64,000 nt of DNA from Acidobacteriota bacterium. Its GTDB lineage: Bacteria; Acidobacteriota; Holophagae; Thermotomaculales; Thermotomaculaceae. The position numbers were made by a program, and so were the translations under genes. Where the stretch lies: positions 193 through 64,192 of the forward strand of contig DAINNF010000002.1 in the NCBI GenBank assembly GCA_036736005.1, written 5' to 3'. Positions 17,894-27,736 of the stretch are shown in pieces. Under the pieces are notes generated by a model. It was not told the origin of the DNA. It worked only from the letters and a program-made list of their open reading frames with translations, and searched no databases. Each line of letters begins with the position of its first letter. The stretch's first letter is position 1.

Positions 17894-19408
17894 ATGAAAT
17901 GGTTTGGTTCACTGATCTGTCTGATCGGGGCCGTGGCTGCCTTGGCCGGTCCGGATGCCGGGACGGTCCGTCCCTATCTTCAGACAGGTACCTGGTATCC
18001 GGCTGATCCCGTTGTGTTGACCACCCAACTGGACAGGATGATTGCCGGTGATGCGGACCATGCGGACGCTCTCATCCGGGGGATGGTGGTTCCCCATGCC
18101 GGACTTGCCTATTCCGGACCCACGGCGGGTCGTGCATACCGGTTGCTTCGGGGTCAACAGGTTGACCGGGTGATCATTCTGGGAGTGGCCCATCGGAAAC
18201 GAATGCGGGGTGCCTGCCTGTCTACATTTGAATTCAACGAAACGCCGCTGGGACGCATCCGGGTGGACCGTGCTGTTGTGACCCGTCTGTCCGGTCAACC
18301 CGGGTTTGAACTGGATAACAATGCCATGGTGATGGAACATTCGATTGAAAATCAGTTGCCTTTTCTCCAACGCGTGCTGGGGAACCGGGATTACGAGATC
18401 GTTCCGATTCTGGTGGGACATCTGGACGCTTCGCTGCAGCGACAACTGGTGTCCGCGATCCGACCGTTTGTGACGGAGCGTACGGTGGTTATCGCCAGTT
18501 CCGATCTGACCCATTACGGGAAGAATTACGGATTCACCCCGTTTGAAACAGATGTGCCGGAACAGATCATGAAACTGGACATGGGACTGGTGGATGCATT
18601 GATGCGGAAAGACTCGACAGCCCTGTTGGAATACCGGCGAAAGACCGGAATTACCGCATGCGGAATCATGCCCATGGCAATTCTCTGTGATCTGATGAAG
18701 CCGCTTCCGGTAACGGGCCGTCTTGTCGGATACAGCCGTTCCGGTGATCGTGACGGCAATTATCAACTGAGTGTCAGTTATGGGGCAGTCGTATTCGAAG
18801 CGGAGGCGACGGGAGACAAAATGAACAGGGAAAACAAAGGTGCTTTGGAGGACCTGACCGGGGAGGAGCAGACCGTTCTGCTGAAACTGGCACGGGAAAC
18901 GCTGAACCGGGAATTGCGGGGCGAGAAGATGGAAATCAATCCCGCGGATTATCCGGAGAAACTGCAGGAACCCCGCAGTGTGTTTGTGACCCTCCGTGAG
19001 GAAGGCCGCTTGCGGGGGTGCATCGGAAATCTGGGGGACCCGGCACCGCTTGTCCAGAGCGTGCGGGACTATGCCATCAAGGCGGCACTGGAAGATCCGC
19101 GATTTCCGCCGGTTTCTTTCGAAGAACTGCAGAAGATCAGTATTGAGATTTCCGTGATGACACCCCTCAAAGAGATTCCCCACTACCGTCTGATCCGGCT
19201 CGGAGTGGACGGTGTCGTGATTCGAAACGGGTATCGCGGGGCGGTTTATCTTCCCCAGGTGGCGACCGAAACCGGATGGAGTCTGGACACGTTTCTGACC
19301 AATCTGTGCCGTAAAGCCGGTCTTCCGGATGATGCATACCGGTTGCCGGACACCCGGTTCCAGGTGTTCCAGGCGGACGTTTTCCAGGAGAAATCGGACA
19401 AGCCATGA
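17894..19408 (+). CDS. Fusion of AmmeMemoRadiSam system protein B (Memo-like) and protein A (AMMECR1), with an N-terminal signal peptide
   Basis: MKWFGSLICLIGAVAALAG signal. Memo motifs VPHAGLAYSG, ILGVAHR, SSDLTHYG. AMMECR1 motifs RGCIGNLG, LEDPRFPPV, YLPQVATETGW. Confidence 0.85.
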   Translation: MKWFGSLICLIGAVAALAGPDAGTVRPYLQTGTWYPADPVVLTTQLDRMIAGDADHADALIRGMVVPHAGLAYSGPTAGRAYRLLRGQQVDRVIILGVAHRKRMRGACLSTFEFNETPLGRIRVDRAVVTRLSGQPGFELDNNAMVMEHSIENQLPFLQRVLGNRDYEIVPILVGHLDASLQRQLVSAIRPFVTERTVVIASSDLTHYGKNYGFTPFETDVPEQIMKLDMGLVDALMRKDSTALLEYRRKTGITACGIMPMAILCDLMKPLPVTGRLVGYSRSGDRDGNYQLSVSYGAVVFEAEATGDKMNRENKGALEDLTGEEQTVLLKLARETLNRELRGEKMEINPADYPEKLQEPRSVFVTLREEGRLRGCIGNLGDPAPLVQSVRDYAIKAALEDPRFPPVSFEELQKISIEISVMTPLKEIPHYRLIRLGVDGVVIRNGYRGAVYLPQVATETGWSLDTFLTNLCRKAGLPDDAYRLPDTRFQVFQADVFQEKSDKP

Positions 19409-20385
19409 ACAGCCGGCGCGCTTTTCTGGGACGCCTGGCGGGCGGTATGGCCGGGCTGGCATTGTCCCGTTTCTTTCCACCATTGCTGGCGGCAGCCGGT
19501 GAACAGGAAAGCCGGGTAGTGGAGGTTCGGGACGAGGGCTTGATACGGGTCGGTCACGATGTTGATGTTCAGACAGCATTCCGTCTGTTGAACAGCGGCA
19601 TGAAACGACTCACCGGCAGAGATTCTGCGGAAACGGCCTGGCGTTCGCTGTTTCACAGGCAGGACAAAGTGGGGATCAAACTGAGCTGTCTGCCCGGTTT
19701 GCCGCTTTCGTCCTGCAGAGGTGTGGTGATGGCCATTGTGGATGGGCTGCGTCTCGCGGGTGTCCCGGCAGAGAGGATCATCATCTGGGAGCGGACAGGA
19801 CGGGAACTGGAAGCGGCCGGCTTCAAACTCTCCCGAAAAGGATTGCGCGTGATGGGAACAGACATGTTCACCGACGGTGGCTATTCCCGTGATATCGAGT
19901 TTGCGGGGAGCGTGGGCACCTGTTTCAGCATGATCATGGAAGAGGTCACCGCCTTGATCAATGTCCCCGTGCTGAAAGATCACGATATTGCGGGTTTGTC
20001 TGCAGGCATGAAGAACTTCTATGGTGCGATCTACAACCCCAACAAGTATCACGGGAACGGCTGCAGCCCTTACGTGGCGGAATTGTCGACCCACCGGTTT
20101 ATCCGGGACCGGCTGCGGCTCATCGTGCTGGATGCCACCCGGATTCAGCTGCAGAACGGTCCGGCATTTGATTCCCGATATGCGGATGAGTACGGTGGAC
20201 TGATCATCGGAACCGATCCGGTGGCGGTGGACACCGTGGGATTGAAACTTCTGGAGTCTGAGCGCCAGGTCCGGGAACTGAAGACATTGCGGGAAACAGG
20301 ACGCAGCCCCCGCTATCTGCCGGAGGCGGAGAAGTTGAAACTGGGACACATGAAGGAGACCTGGATTGACCACATCACCCTTTGA
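19405..20385 (+). CDS. DUF362-domain protein with a twin-arginine signal
   Basis: MNSRRAFLGRLAGGMAGLAL matches the Tat motif. DUF362 core VGIKLSC...VPVLKDHDIAGLSAGMKNFYG. ATGA overlap with the upstream gene. Confidence 0.75.
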   Translation: MNSRRAFLGRLAGGMAGLALSRFFPPLLAAAGEQESRVVEVRDEGLIRVGHDVDVQTAFRLLNSGMKRLTGRDSAETAWRSLFHRQDKVGIKLSCLPGLPLSSCRGVVMAIVDGLRLAGVPAERIIIWERTGRELEAAGFKLSRKGLRVMGTDMFTDGGYSRDIEFAGSVGTCFSMIMEEVTALINVPVLKDHDIAGLSAGMKNFYGAIYNPNKYHGNGCSPYVAELSTHRFIRDRLRLIVLDATRIQLQNGPAFDSRYADEYGGLIIGTDPVAVDTVGLKLLESERQVRELKTLRETGRSPRYLPEAEKLKLGHMKETWIDHITL

Positions 20386-21481
20386 CCGGTGTACAAGGCG
20401 CACGTTTATCCGGGGGACGGCATCCATGGCTCTGGGACTGGCCTGTGCGGGACCGTTACTGGCCGGTGAAACATGGGATGTGGAAGCGTCCTGCTATGAA
20501 AAACTGGAGGACCGGAAGATCAAATGCAAGCTCTGTCCCCATGAATGCCAGGTGGCGGACCGGGAACGGGGGACATGCGGTGTACGGGAGAACCGCAACG
20601 GAGTCTATCATACGCTGGTGTACGGTCAGATCTGTGCTGCACATGTGGATCCCATTGAAAAGAAGCCGTTGTATCATTACAAACCCGGTGTGCGGGCGTT
20701 TTCCATCGCCGCGCCCGGCTGCAATTTCATCTGTAAATTCTGTCAGAACTGGGAAATTTCGCAGAAACGGCCGGAACAGTTGAAAACGGTCAAAACCTCG
20801 CCTGAAGCGCTTGTCCGGCAGGTGCAGCAGCAGCGCGTTCCGGTAATGGCCCACACCTATACGGAGCCGGTTGTATTCTTTGAGTTCATGCGGGACTGTG
20901 CCCGGATCGGACAATCCAGGAATATCCCGAATGTCATGATTTCAAACGGTTTCATTCAGCAGGAACCGATGAAAGAGCTCTGCCGGTATCTGGGAGCAGT
21001 GAAAATCGATCTGAAAGCGTTCACGGAATCATTTTACCGGGATGTGTGTGGCGGCAGTCTCAAACCGGTGCTGGAAACGCTGAAAACGGTGAAGGAAGCG
21101 GGCGTCTGGTTGGAGATTGTGGTTCTGGTAATCCCCACGTTGAACGACGATCCGGATGAGATCCGTCAGATGAGTCGATGGATTGTCCAGGAACTGGGCC
21201 CGGATGTGCCCCTGCACTTCACCCGTTACCACCCTACGTTCATGATGCAGAACATTCCGCCCACCCCGCCGGAGACATTGTTCCGATGCTGGGACATTGC
21301 AAAAGCGCAGGGGCTGAACTATGTGTACCTCGGAAACATGTTGTCCGACAAAGAGAACACGATGTGCCCGGCCTGTGGTCACCTGTTGATTGAGCGGGCC
21401 GGTTTTGTGGCGGATAAGTCGGGGATGCGGGGCAACTGCTGCCGTAATTGCGGAGCGGTGATTCCCGGTGTGTTCAGTTGA
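20366..21481 (+). CDS. AmmeMemoRadiSam system radical SAM enzyme with a twin-arginine signal
   Basis: CTRRTFIRGTASMALGLACAGPLLAG is Tat-like. CKLCPHECQVADRERGTCGVREN. Radical SAM CNFICKFCQNW. C-terminal CPACG...CCRNCG. Confidence 0.85.
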   Translation: MTTSPFDRCTRRTFIRGTASMALGLACAGPLLAGETWDVEASCYEKLEDRKIKCKLCPHECQVADRERGTCGVRENRNGVYHTLVYGQICAAHVDPIEKKPLYHYKPGVRAFSIAAPGCNFICKFCQNWEISQKRPEQLKTVKTSPEALVRQVQQQRVPVMAHTYTEPVVFFEFMRDCARIGQSRNIPNVMISNGFIQQEPMKELCRYLGAVKIDLKAFTESFYRDVCGGSLKPVLETLKTVKEAGVWLEIVVLVIPTLNDDPDEIRQMSRWIVQELGPDVPLHFTRYHPTFMMQNIPPTPPETLFRCWDIAKAQGLNYVYLGNMLSDKENTMCPACGHLLIERAGFVADKSGMRGNCCRNCGAVIPGVFS

Positions 21482-21500
21482 TGGTAAGGTGCCGGTACCT

Positions 21501-24500
21501 TCAGGTCTGACGCAGGGCATCTGCGATGGCACGGGTCAACGTTGCCGAGGTAAAGGGTTTTTCCACAAACCGTACGGAATGGTCTGCCGGTCCGCGGTTG
21601 GCCATGATTTCTTCACTGTATCCGGACATGAAAACGGCGGGCAATGCCGCTATCCGTTTCTTCAATTCCTGGTACAGGGCGGGGCCGTTCATGTCCGGCA
21701 TCACGACGTCAGTCAGCAGCAGATCAAACGGCTCCGATTCGGTTTCAACATGTTTGATGGCCTCGAGTGGATTGGCGATATCGGTGACCCGGTAGCCGAA
21801 GTCTTCCAGCAGTGAGCGGGCCAGGTTGCGTACATCGTTATTGTCTTCAACCAGCAGGATGCGCTCACCGTTTCCCGGCATCGGTTTCAGTGCGGGAAGC
21901 TCTTCATCCCGGACCGGAGTCGCAGTTGACGGAATATACGTGCGGAAAATGGCGCCCATTCCCGGTTCACTGTATACACGGATGGTTCCCTTGTGCTGTT
22001 TCACGATGCCGTACACAACCGCCAGTCCCAATCCTGTCCCCCGGCCGCGCTCTTTTGTGGTGAAAAACGGTTCGAATATTCGATTAACGGTAGCCGTTTC
22101 CATCCCTCTGCCGTTGTCCTCCACGGTCAGAACTGCGTATGTACCCGGAGCCAGCGCGGGATCCGGAACGTCTTCTTTCGAGAAGGACCGTACATCCGTG
22201 CTGATGCCGATCCGGCCGTCATTATCCAGTGCGTCCCGGGCGTTGATCACGAAATTGATGATGATCTGCTCCAGTTGTGTACGGTCGGCGTCCACCCAGA
22301 TGGGATCTTTTGCACAGGAAATATTGATGGCAATACTGGCGGGAATGGTGCGACGGATCATGGATTCCATTTCCCGGATCAATCCATTGAGATCCACCGT
22401 CTCCATCCGTAACACCTGTTTCCGGCTGTAGGCCAGCATCTGCTGGACCAGTTTTCGGGCGGAGTCGGCCGCCCGTTGAATCATATGAAGCCGTGTCTTC
22501 ATTTCATCCGGCAGATCCGGCGTATCGAGCAACAATTCCACGTAGCCCAGTACCGGTGTCAGGAGGTTGTTGAAATCATGGGCGATACCACCCGCAAGCT
22601 GACCCACCGACTCCAGACGCTGTGTCTGCACCAGTTTCTCTTCCAGCTCTTTCTGGTGGGTCATATCCTCAATGATGCCCTCATAACAGACGATGGAGCC
22701 ATTTTCATCTGTAATGGTCCGGTTATGGTTCCTGACCCAGATGCGTTTCCCGTCCAGACGAAGCAACTGAAATTCATCCAGTACACCCTCCGGATTGGCG
22801 TCCAGGAGTTTCAGATGCCGATCCCGCGCTTCTTTATCCGGATAGAAATCCAGAACCTGCCGGTGCAACAGATCATCCACGTTCTCCGCCCCGAGAATCT
22901 CCGCCAGTGTGGGGTTGGCAAAAATGAACCGGCTGTCGGGTGTTGTGCGATAGAGTCCAAGCGGCAGCTGGTCTGCCAGTTCCCGGTATCGGGATTCACT
23001 TTCCCGAAGCGCCTGTTCCGCCTTCTTTCGGGCGATCACGGCGGCGATCTGGTTGGAGGCGGTTTCCAGGAGACTCAGGTGTTCTTCCGTAAACCGGTTG
23101 GGATCGTCGTAGCTTTGAAGAAGCATCACGGCAAACGGTTTGTCATCGAAACGAAGGGGAATTGCCATGCATTGCAGGATCGGTTGGCCGATGATTCTGG
23201 CTTCCCCGTTCTTGACCATCTGCTCAAGAGCTTCCCTGCCAATCAGAACCGCTTTTCCGGTTTGTCGGACATGTTCCGTGAGGGTGCCTGCAGCGGCGTA
23301 TTGAAGATTGGTAAAATCTTCGCGGCCGGTGGCATAAACGCCGTTAAACGTCCGGGTTTCGGGGTCATATTCGTTCACATAGAACTCCGAGGCGTCCATG
23401 ACACCCTGAAGCACATCCTGAATACGCCGGTACAGGTCTGTGGTATTCGTGGCCCGGCCGGCTTCTTCGGAAATCCGGAGAATGAGGTTGCGGACCTGGT
23501 CGGCTTCTTTTCTGGCGGAGATTTCAAAAATGAACCCCTCGATCGCTTCGGCTTTGCCTTCCCGGTCATAAACAGCGACACCCTGTTCCCACACCCACCG
23601 GGCTTGCCCCTGGCGGTCTTTGATCCGATATTCCATCTGAAACGGCTTTCCGTCTGCAATCGCGGTTTGAACGGCTTCCCACACCCGCTGTCGGTCTGAT
23701 GGATGGATCAATTCTGCATACGATGCCGCCTTGTTGCCGATCAAATCCTCCGGTGCATAGCCGGTCAGGTCCCGGCATCCCGGACTCACCATCATCATGG
23801 TCCAGTCCCGGTCATTCAGGCAGCGGTAGGCAATGCCCGGCAGATTCTCCAGCAGCGTGGTCCACAGCCGCTGCTGTTCTTCAAATGCCTGCCGGGATTG
23901 GACCAGTTCATGGTGATGACGGGTGCGTTGGTGACGCCAGTACAGCAGGATCAGTGCCGCGGACAGTATCACAAGGGTTCCGGTCAGGACGGCCACATAC
24001 CAGTACCAGGACTCTACCGGGCGGACAACCTCATCCAGATCGATTTTGGTTATCAGAAACCAGGGTGTATCCGGCACCGGTGCGACGTAGGCAAGTACGT
24101 AGTGGCCGCGGTAATCGGTGCCTTCAACCGGTCCAACGGTCCCGGAGACGGCCATTACAGCAGGGAGCTGGATTCTGTTTCGGGGCACACGGAGTGTCAG
24201 GGCACTCTCCGGCTGATGACGGAGATCATTCAGGAACACGATATTGTCTCCCTCGGTCCGGACCAGCAGAGATTCTGCTGTCTCACTGGGTACCGACCAT
24301 TTGAGGAAGAGGGGAAACAGGTCCCGGCTGACATTTTCAATGGCCACCAGATACAGCGGTGTTTCCAACTGATCCTGCAAAACAGGTGCGATGATCGCGA
24401 TATGAACGCCGTATTGGTCATTTCTGTGAATGGGGCTGAACCAGGCACCTTTTTCCGGACTCAAATCGTGCAGAATCGCATCCATTTCAGTGGATTCCAG

Positions 24501-24896
24501 ATGGGTATCCTCGAACGCGCCAAAACGTATTTTCTGTTCCTGGTCCACAATGACCAGATTCCTGAAATTTTCTGTCAGGCAAATTGATTTCAGCCAGGCC
24601 CTGATGGCTTCTTCCGAACCGGTGTCTCCGGACCCGGCCTGTTTCAATTGGCTCTTCAAAAAGGGGGACATGCGCAACAGTTCCATGGTCTGGATGTGCT
24701 GTTCCCGCCACTCCCGGATCTGTCGGGTTTTCAGGCCATTCACGGCTTCCAGTTGATTGTACTGGTCCCGGATAACCGTAGCGGTCTGATGACGGTAGAT
24801 GAGAGCGGCGATGGCGGACAATCCCACGGTAACGAATACAAAAATGAGCAGCAGCACCCACGGAACCCGTACCGGATGTTCAGAACGATTTTTCAT
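21501..24896 (-). CDS. Hybrid sensor histidine kinase (double-Cache-like periplasmic domain, PAS, GAF, PAS, HisKA, HATPase, REC)
   Basis: TM, ~280-aa extracytoplasmic domain, TM. H-box [12 protein letters not shown]-boxes DNGRGM and GTGLGLAVVYG. C-terminal REC ([13 protein letters not shown]). Confidence 0.9.
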   Translation of the reverse strand: MKNRSEHPVRVPWVLLLIFVFVTVGLSAIAALIYRHQTATVIRDQYNQLEAVNGLKTRQIREWREQHIQTMELLRMSPFLKSQLKQAGSGDTGSEEAIRAWLKSICLTENFRNLVIVDQEQKIRFGAFEDTHLESTEMDAILHDLSPEKGAWFSPIHRNDQYGVHIAIIAPVLQDQLETPLYLVAIENVSRDLFPLFLKWSVPSETAESLLVRTEGDNIVFLNDLRHQPESALTLRVPRNRIQLPAVMAVSGTVGPVEGTDYRGHYVLAYVAPVPDTPWFLITKIDLDEVVRPVESWYWYVAVLTGTLVILSAALILLYWRHQRTRHHHELVQSRQAFEEQQRLWTTLLENLPGIAYRCLNDRDWTMMMVSPGCRDLTGYAPEDLIGNKAASYAELIHPSDRQRVWEAVQTAIADGKPFQMEYRIKDRQGQARWVWEQGVAVYDREGKAEAIEGFIFEISARKEADQVRNLILRISEEAGRATNTTDLYRRIQDVLQGVMDASEFYVNEYDPETRTFNGVYATGREDFTNLQYAAAGTLTEHVRQTGKAVLIGREALEQMVKNGEARIIGQPILQCMAIPLRFDDKPFAVMLLQSYDDPNRFTEEHLSLLETASNQIAAVIARKKAEQALRESESRYRELADQLPLGLYRTTPDSRFIFANPTLAEILGAENVDDLLHRQVLDFYPDKEARDRHLKLLDANPEGVLDEFQLLRLDGKRIWVRNHNRTITDENGSIVCYEGIIEDMTHQKELEEKLVQTQRLESVGQLAGGIAHDFNNLLTPVLGYVELLLDTPDLPDEMKTRLHMIQRAADSARKLVQQMLAYSRKQVLRMETVDLNGLIREMESMIRRTIPASIAINISCAKDPIWVDADRTQLEQIIINFVINARDALDNDGRIGISTDVRSFSKEDVPDPALAPGTYAVLTVEDNGRGMETATVNRIFEPFFTTKERGRGTGLGLAVVYGIVKQHKGTIRVYSEPGMGAIFRTYIPSTATPVRDEELPALKPMPGNGERILLVEDNNDVRNLARSLLEDFGYRVTDIANPLEAIKHVETESEPFDLLLTDVVMPDMNGPALYQELKKRIAALPAVFMSGYSEEIMANRGPADHSVRFVEKPFTSATLTRAIADALRQT

Positions 24897-24916
24897 GACT
24901 CCCCCGACGTGCTTCT

Positions 24917-24944
24917 ATTATACAGAAAAGGGGGTTGGCTGCAA
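24917..24944 (-). promoter_or_regulatory. Sigma-70-type promoter for the 21501-24896 kinase
   Basis: The minus strand reads TTGCAG (24944-24939), 16 nt, TATAAT (24922-24917). Confidence 0.5.
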
Positions 24945-24974
24945 ATCAGGAGGCGGATGGGTTGGTCACCCGGA

Positions 24975-27275
24975 TCAGGAATCGCCCTTTGGGGATTTCT
25001 GTTCCAGGATGTAGCGGACGGCTTTCAGTAGTTCATCCGGTCCGAACGGTTTGGGCAGCAGTGCCAGTTGGTCCTCGTTGAGAACCTCGGCCTGGAGGGA
25101 ATCGTCCGTATGACCGCTGGTGAACAGCACGCAAATGTGCGGCCAGTGAGCGCGAATTTTCCTGTACAGTTGCTGTCCGCCCATATTGGGCATGATCACA
25201 TCCAGGATGGCCAGATCGGTCTGCCGGGCTTCACGATCCAGAATGGAAAGGGCTTCTGTCCCATCGGAGGCGGAAAGGACGGTGTAACCGGCACGGCGCA
25301 GAATGGATATCCCCGTTTCCCGAACAGCGGGGTCGTCCTCCACAAGCAGAATCTGTTCGGCACCCCTGCTTTTCTGTGGGAGCGTATCGGAGGAAGGGAC
25401 CGCTTCGGTTGATGATCCGGTACCGGAGGCTGGCAGATAGACTTGAAACAGGGTTCCGGCATCCACTTCACTCTTGACGGTAATGGTTCCCCGGTGCTGC
25501 CGGATAATGCCGTACACGGTGGCAAGGCCCATTCCGGTCCCTTTCCCCGGACCCTTGGTGGTGAAGAACGGTTCAAAGATATGTTCCAGGACATCCGGAG
25601 ACATGCCGCAACCGTTGTCCCGTACCGAAAGAAGAACGTAATTACCGGGAACCAGTCCTTCCAGTTGCAGAACTTCTTTCGATGTAAGTGTCACCGGCCG
25701 GCAATCAATGGCGATTTCCCCACCCTCCGGCATGGCGTCCCGTGCGTTGATGCAGAGGTTCAACAACACCTGGTTGATTTGTCCCGGATCTGCCAGTACG
25801 GGTTGCAGGTCAGGTCGAGACGCATAGCTGACTTTGACATTTTCCGGGATGGTCCTTCGGATCATCTGCAATGTCTCCTGGATCTGTTTGTCCAGACTCA
25901 GCTCCCGACGATCCAGGTGTTGCCGCCGACCGAAAGCCAGCAGTTGTCGCGTCAACTCGGCTGACCGTTTGGCGGCATGGCGAATTTCCTGCAAGTTTGG
26001 TGTGATATCGGCGCCCCGTTTATAGTTCAGTTCGGCAAATTCGGTGCCCCCGATGATAACTGTCAGCATATTGTTGAAATCATGTGCGATACCGCCTGCA
26101 AGTTGACCGACCGCTTCCATTTTGTGCGACTGGCGGATTTCCTCTTCCATCCGGATTCGATTCGTGATGTCTTCCAGTGTCTGGATGACCTGCCGGACCT
26201 CTCCACTGGAATCCCGAATCGGGCTGGCTACGATACGGCAGGTCATTTGCCGCCCGTTTTCCAGATGGAAAATCTGGATATCTTCATGGCGTTGGCCATC
26301 CTGCGCCGCAGCGGTGACCAGACATCCGGGACAGGGAGAATCTGCTTCTTCGCGGTTGTAAATCTTCTGGCATTTGAGTGGATTCTGGGGGTCCATGTCC
26401 GGGAACCATGTCTGTGCGGTTCTGTTTGCCTCCAGGATGGTGCAATGCGTGTCCATCAGAACAACACCCACGTTCAGATTGTCGATCATGGTCTTGAACT
26501 TGGTTTCCGATTCGGCCAGCCGTTTTCGTGCCTTTTCAATTTCGGTGGTGTCCCGACACGCATAGAGATAGGATGCACCCTGAATGTTCACGCACTGGGC
26601 GTTGATCAGGAGCACTTTCTCCTGACCATGTTTGTCGTGGATGGTGCAACTGTAGTTGGAAACCGGGCTGTCTATGGTCGGTAACGGGCATTTCTCTGCC
26701 TGTTGTCCCATCAGGGCCCTCAGTGAGCCCTTTTCCATGGCTTCTTCCGCTGTCCAGCCGAATGCGTTGGAGAAGTTTTTGCATACAAAGGTGAATGTTC
26801 CGTCTCGTTTTGTCATGAACACGGCATCACTGATACTGTTCAAGGTCAGCCGATACAATTCTTCGCTTTGTTTGAGTTGATATTCATACTCGTTTCGTTG
26901 CAGGGCATATCGGATCGCACGAACCAGGGCGTCCGTGTCAAACTGTCCTTTGGCCAGGTAATCCTGGGCCCCCCGGCGCAGGAACTCCATTGCATATTCC
27001 GGATCGCCCACACCGGTCAGAACGATAATGGGGATGTCCGGGTGGGCCGCCTGGATACCGGTCAGCGAGTCCATGCCGTCCGAGTCCGGCAGATTCAGGT
27101 CCAGCAGAACGGCATCAAAGGACCCGTCATCCAGTTGTTGCACCCCCTCGGAAAGACGTTCCGCATGGACGAGTTCAAACCCGGAGATTTCGGACAGCAT
27201 TTCCCGGATCAGGCGGGCGTCCCCGGGGTTGTCTTCAATCAATAAAACCCTGGTTGATGCGGGATCGTGGTTCAT
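24975..27275 (-). CDS. Hybrid histidine kinase, REC-PAS-PAS-HisKA-HATPase-REC (cassette 2, B-type)
   Basis: N-terminal REC ([10 protein letters not shown]...[12 protein letters not shown]). H-box [12 protein letters not shown]-terminal REC ([13 protein letters not shown]). ATGA overlap with the upstream RR gene. Confidence 0.9.
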   Translation of the reverse strand: MNHDPASTRVLLIEDNPGDARLIREMLSEISGFELVHAERLSEGVQQLDDGSFDAVLLDLNLPDSDGMDSLTGIQAAHPDIPIIVLTGVGDPEYAMEFLRRGAQDYLAKGQFDTDALVRAIRYALQRNEYEYQLKQSEELYRLTLNSISDAVFMTKRDGTFTFVCKNFSNAFGWTAEEAMEKGSLRALMGQQAEKCPLPTIDSPVSNYSCTIHDKHGQEKVLLINAQCVNIQGASYLYACRDTTEIEKARKRLAESETKFKTMIDNLNVGVVLMDTHCTILEANRTAQTWFPDMDPQNPLKCQKIYNREEADSPCPGCLVTAAAQDGQRHEDIQIFHLENGRQMTCRIVASPIRDSSGEVRQVIQTLEDITNRIRMEEEIRQSHKMEAVGQLAGGIAHDFNNMLTVIIGGTEFAELNYKRGADITPNLQEIRHAAKRSAELTRQLLAFGRRQHLDRRELSLDKQIQETLQMIRRTIPENVKVSYASRPDLQPVLADPGQINQVLLNLCINARDAMPEGGEIAIDCRPVTLTSKEVLQLEGLVPGNYVLLSVRDNGCGMSPDVLEHIFEPFFTTKGPGKGTGMGLATVYGIIRQHRGTITVKSEVDAGTLFQVYLPASGTGSSTEAVPSSDTLPQKSRGAEQILLVEDDPAVRETGISILRRAGYTVLSASDGTEALSILDREARQTDLAILDVIMPNMGGQQLYRKIRAHWPHICVLFTSGHTDDSLQAEVLNEDQLALLPKPFGPDELLKAVRYILEQKSPKGDS

Positions 27276-27736
27276 TCTTCATGCTTACCGTTGCTGGGGA
27301 GTTTGACAATGGACAACCAGAAATCTTCAATGGACCGGACCACCTTGGCGAATTGATCCAGGTCAATGGGCTTTGTAATATAACAATTGGCATAGTTTTC
27401 ATACGTGCTGATGATGTCCTCATCTGCCTTGGAGGTTGTCAGGATCACCACCGGAATTTTGCGCAGTTCCGGGTGTGCCTTCACTTCCTTCAGTACCTGC
27501 CGGCCGTCTTTCTTGGGCAGGTTCAGGTCCAGCAGGATCAGGTCGGGTGTCACGGCATCCGTATATTTCCCCCGTTTCAGGAGAAATTCCATGGCCTGTT
27601 CACCGTCCGTTACCAGGTCAACCCGGTTGCGGATCTTACTTTCCTTCAATGCTTCCATTGCCAGTCGTGCATCCCCTGCACTGTCTTCCACCAGCAGGAG
27701 ATCGATGATTTTGATATTGTCCATTCCATCATTCAT
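27272..27736 (-). CDS. Single-domain response regulator, Rcp1-like (cassette 2)
   Basis: [10 protein letters not shown]...[13 protein letters not shown]...TKP...[10 protein letters not shown] prefer the ATG at 27736 (GGAGG 5 nt upstream) over the track start at 27760. Confidence 0.85.
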   Translation of the reverse strand: MNDGMDNIKIIDLLLVEDSAGDARLAMEALKESKIRNRVDLVTDGEQAMEFLLKRGKYTDAVTPDLILLDLNLPKKDGRQVLKEVKAHPELRKIPVVILTTSKADEDIISTYENYANCYITKPIDLDQFAKVVRSIEDFWLSIVKLPSNGKHEE

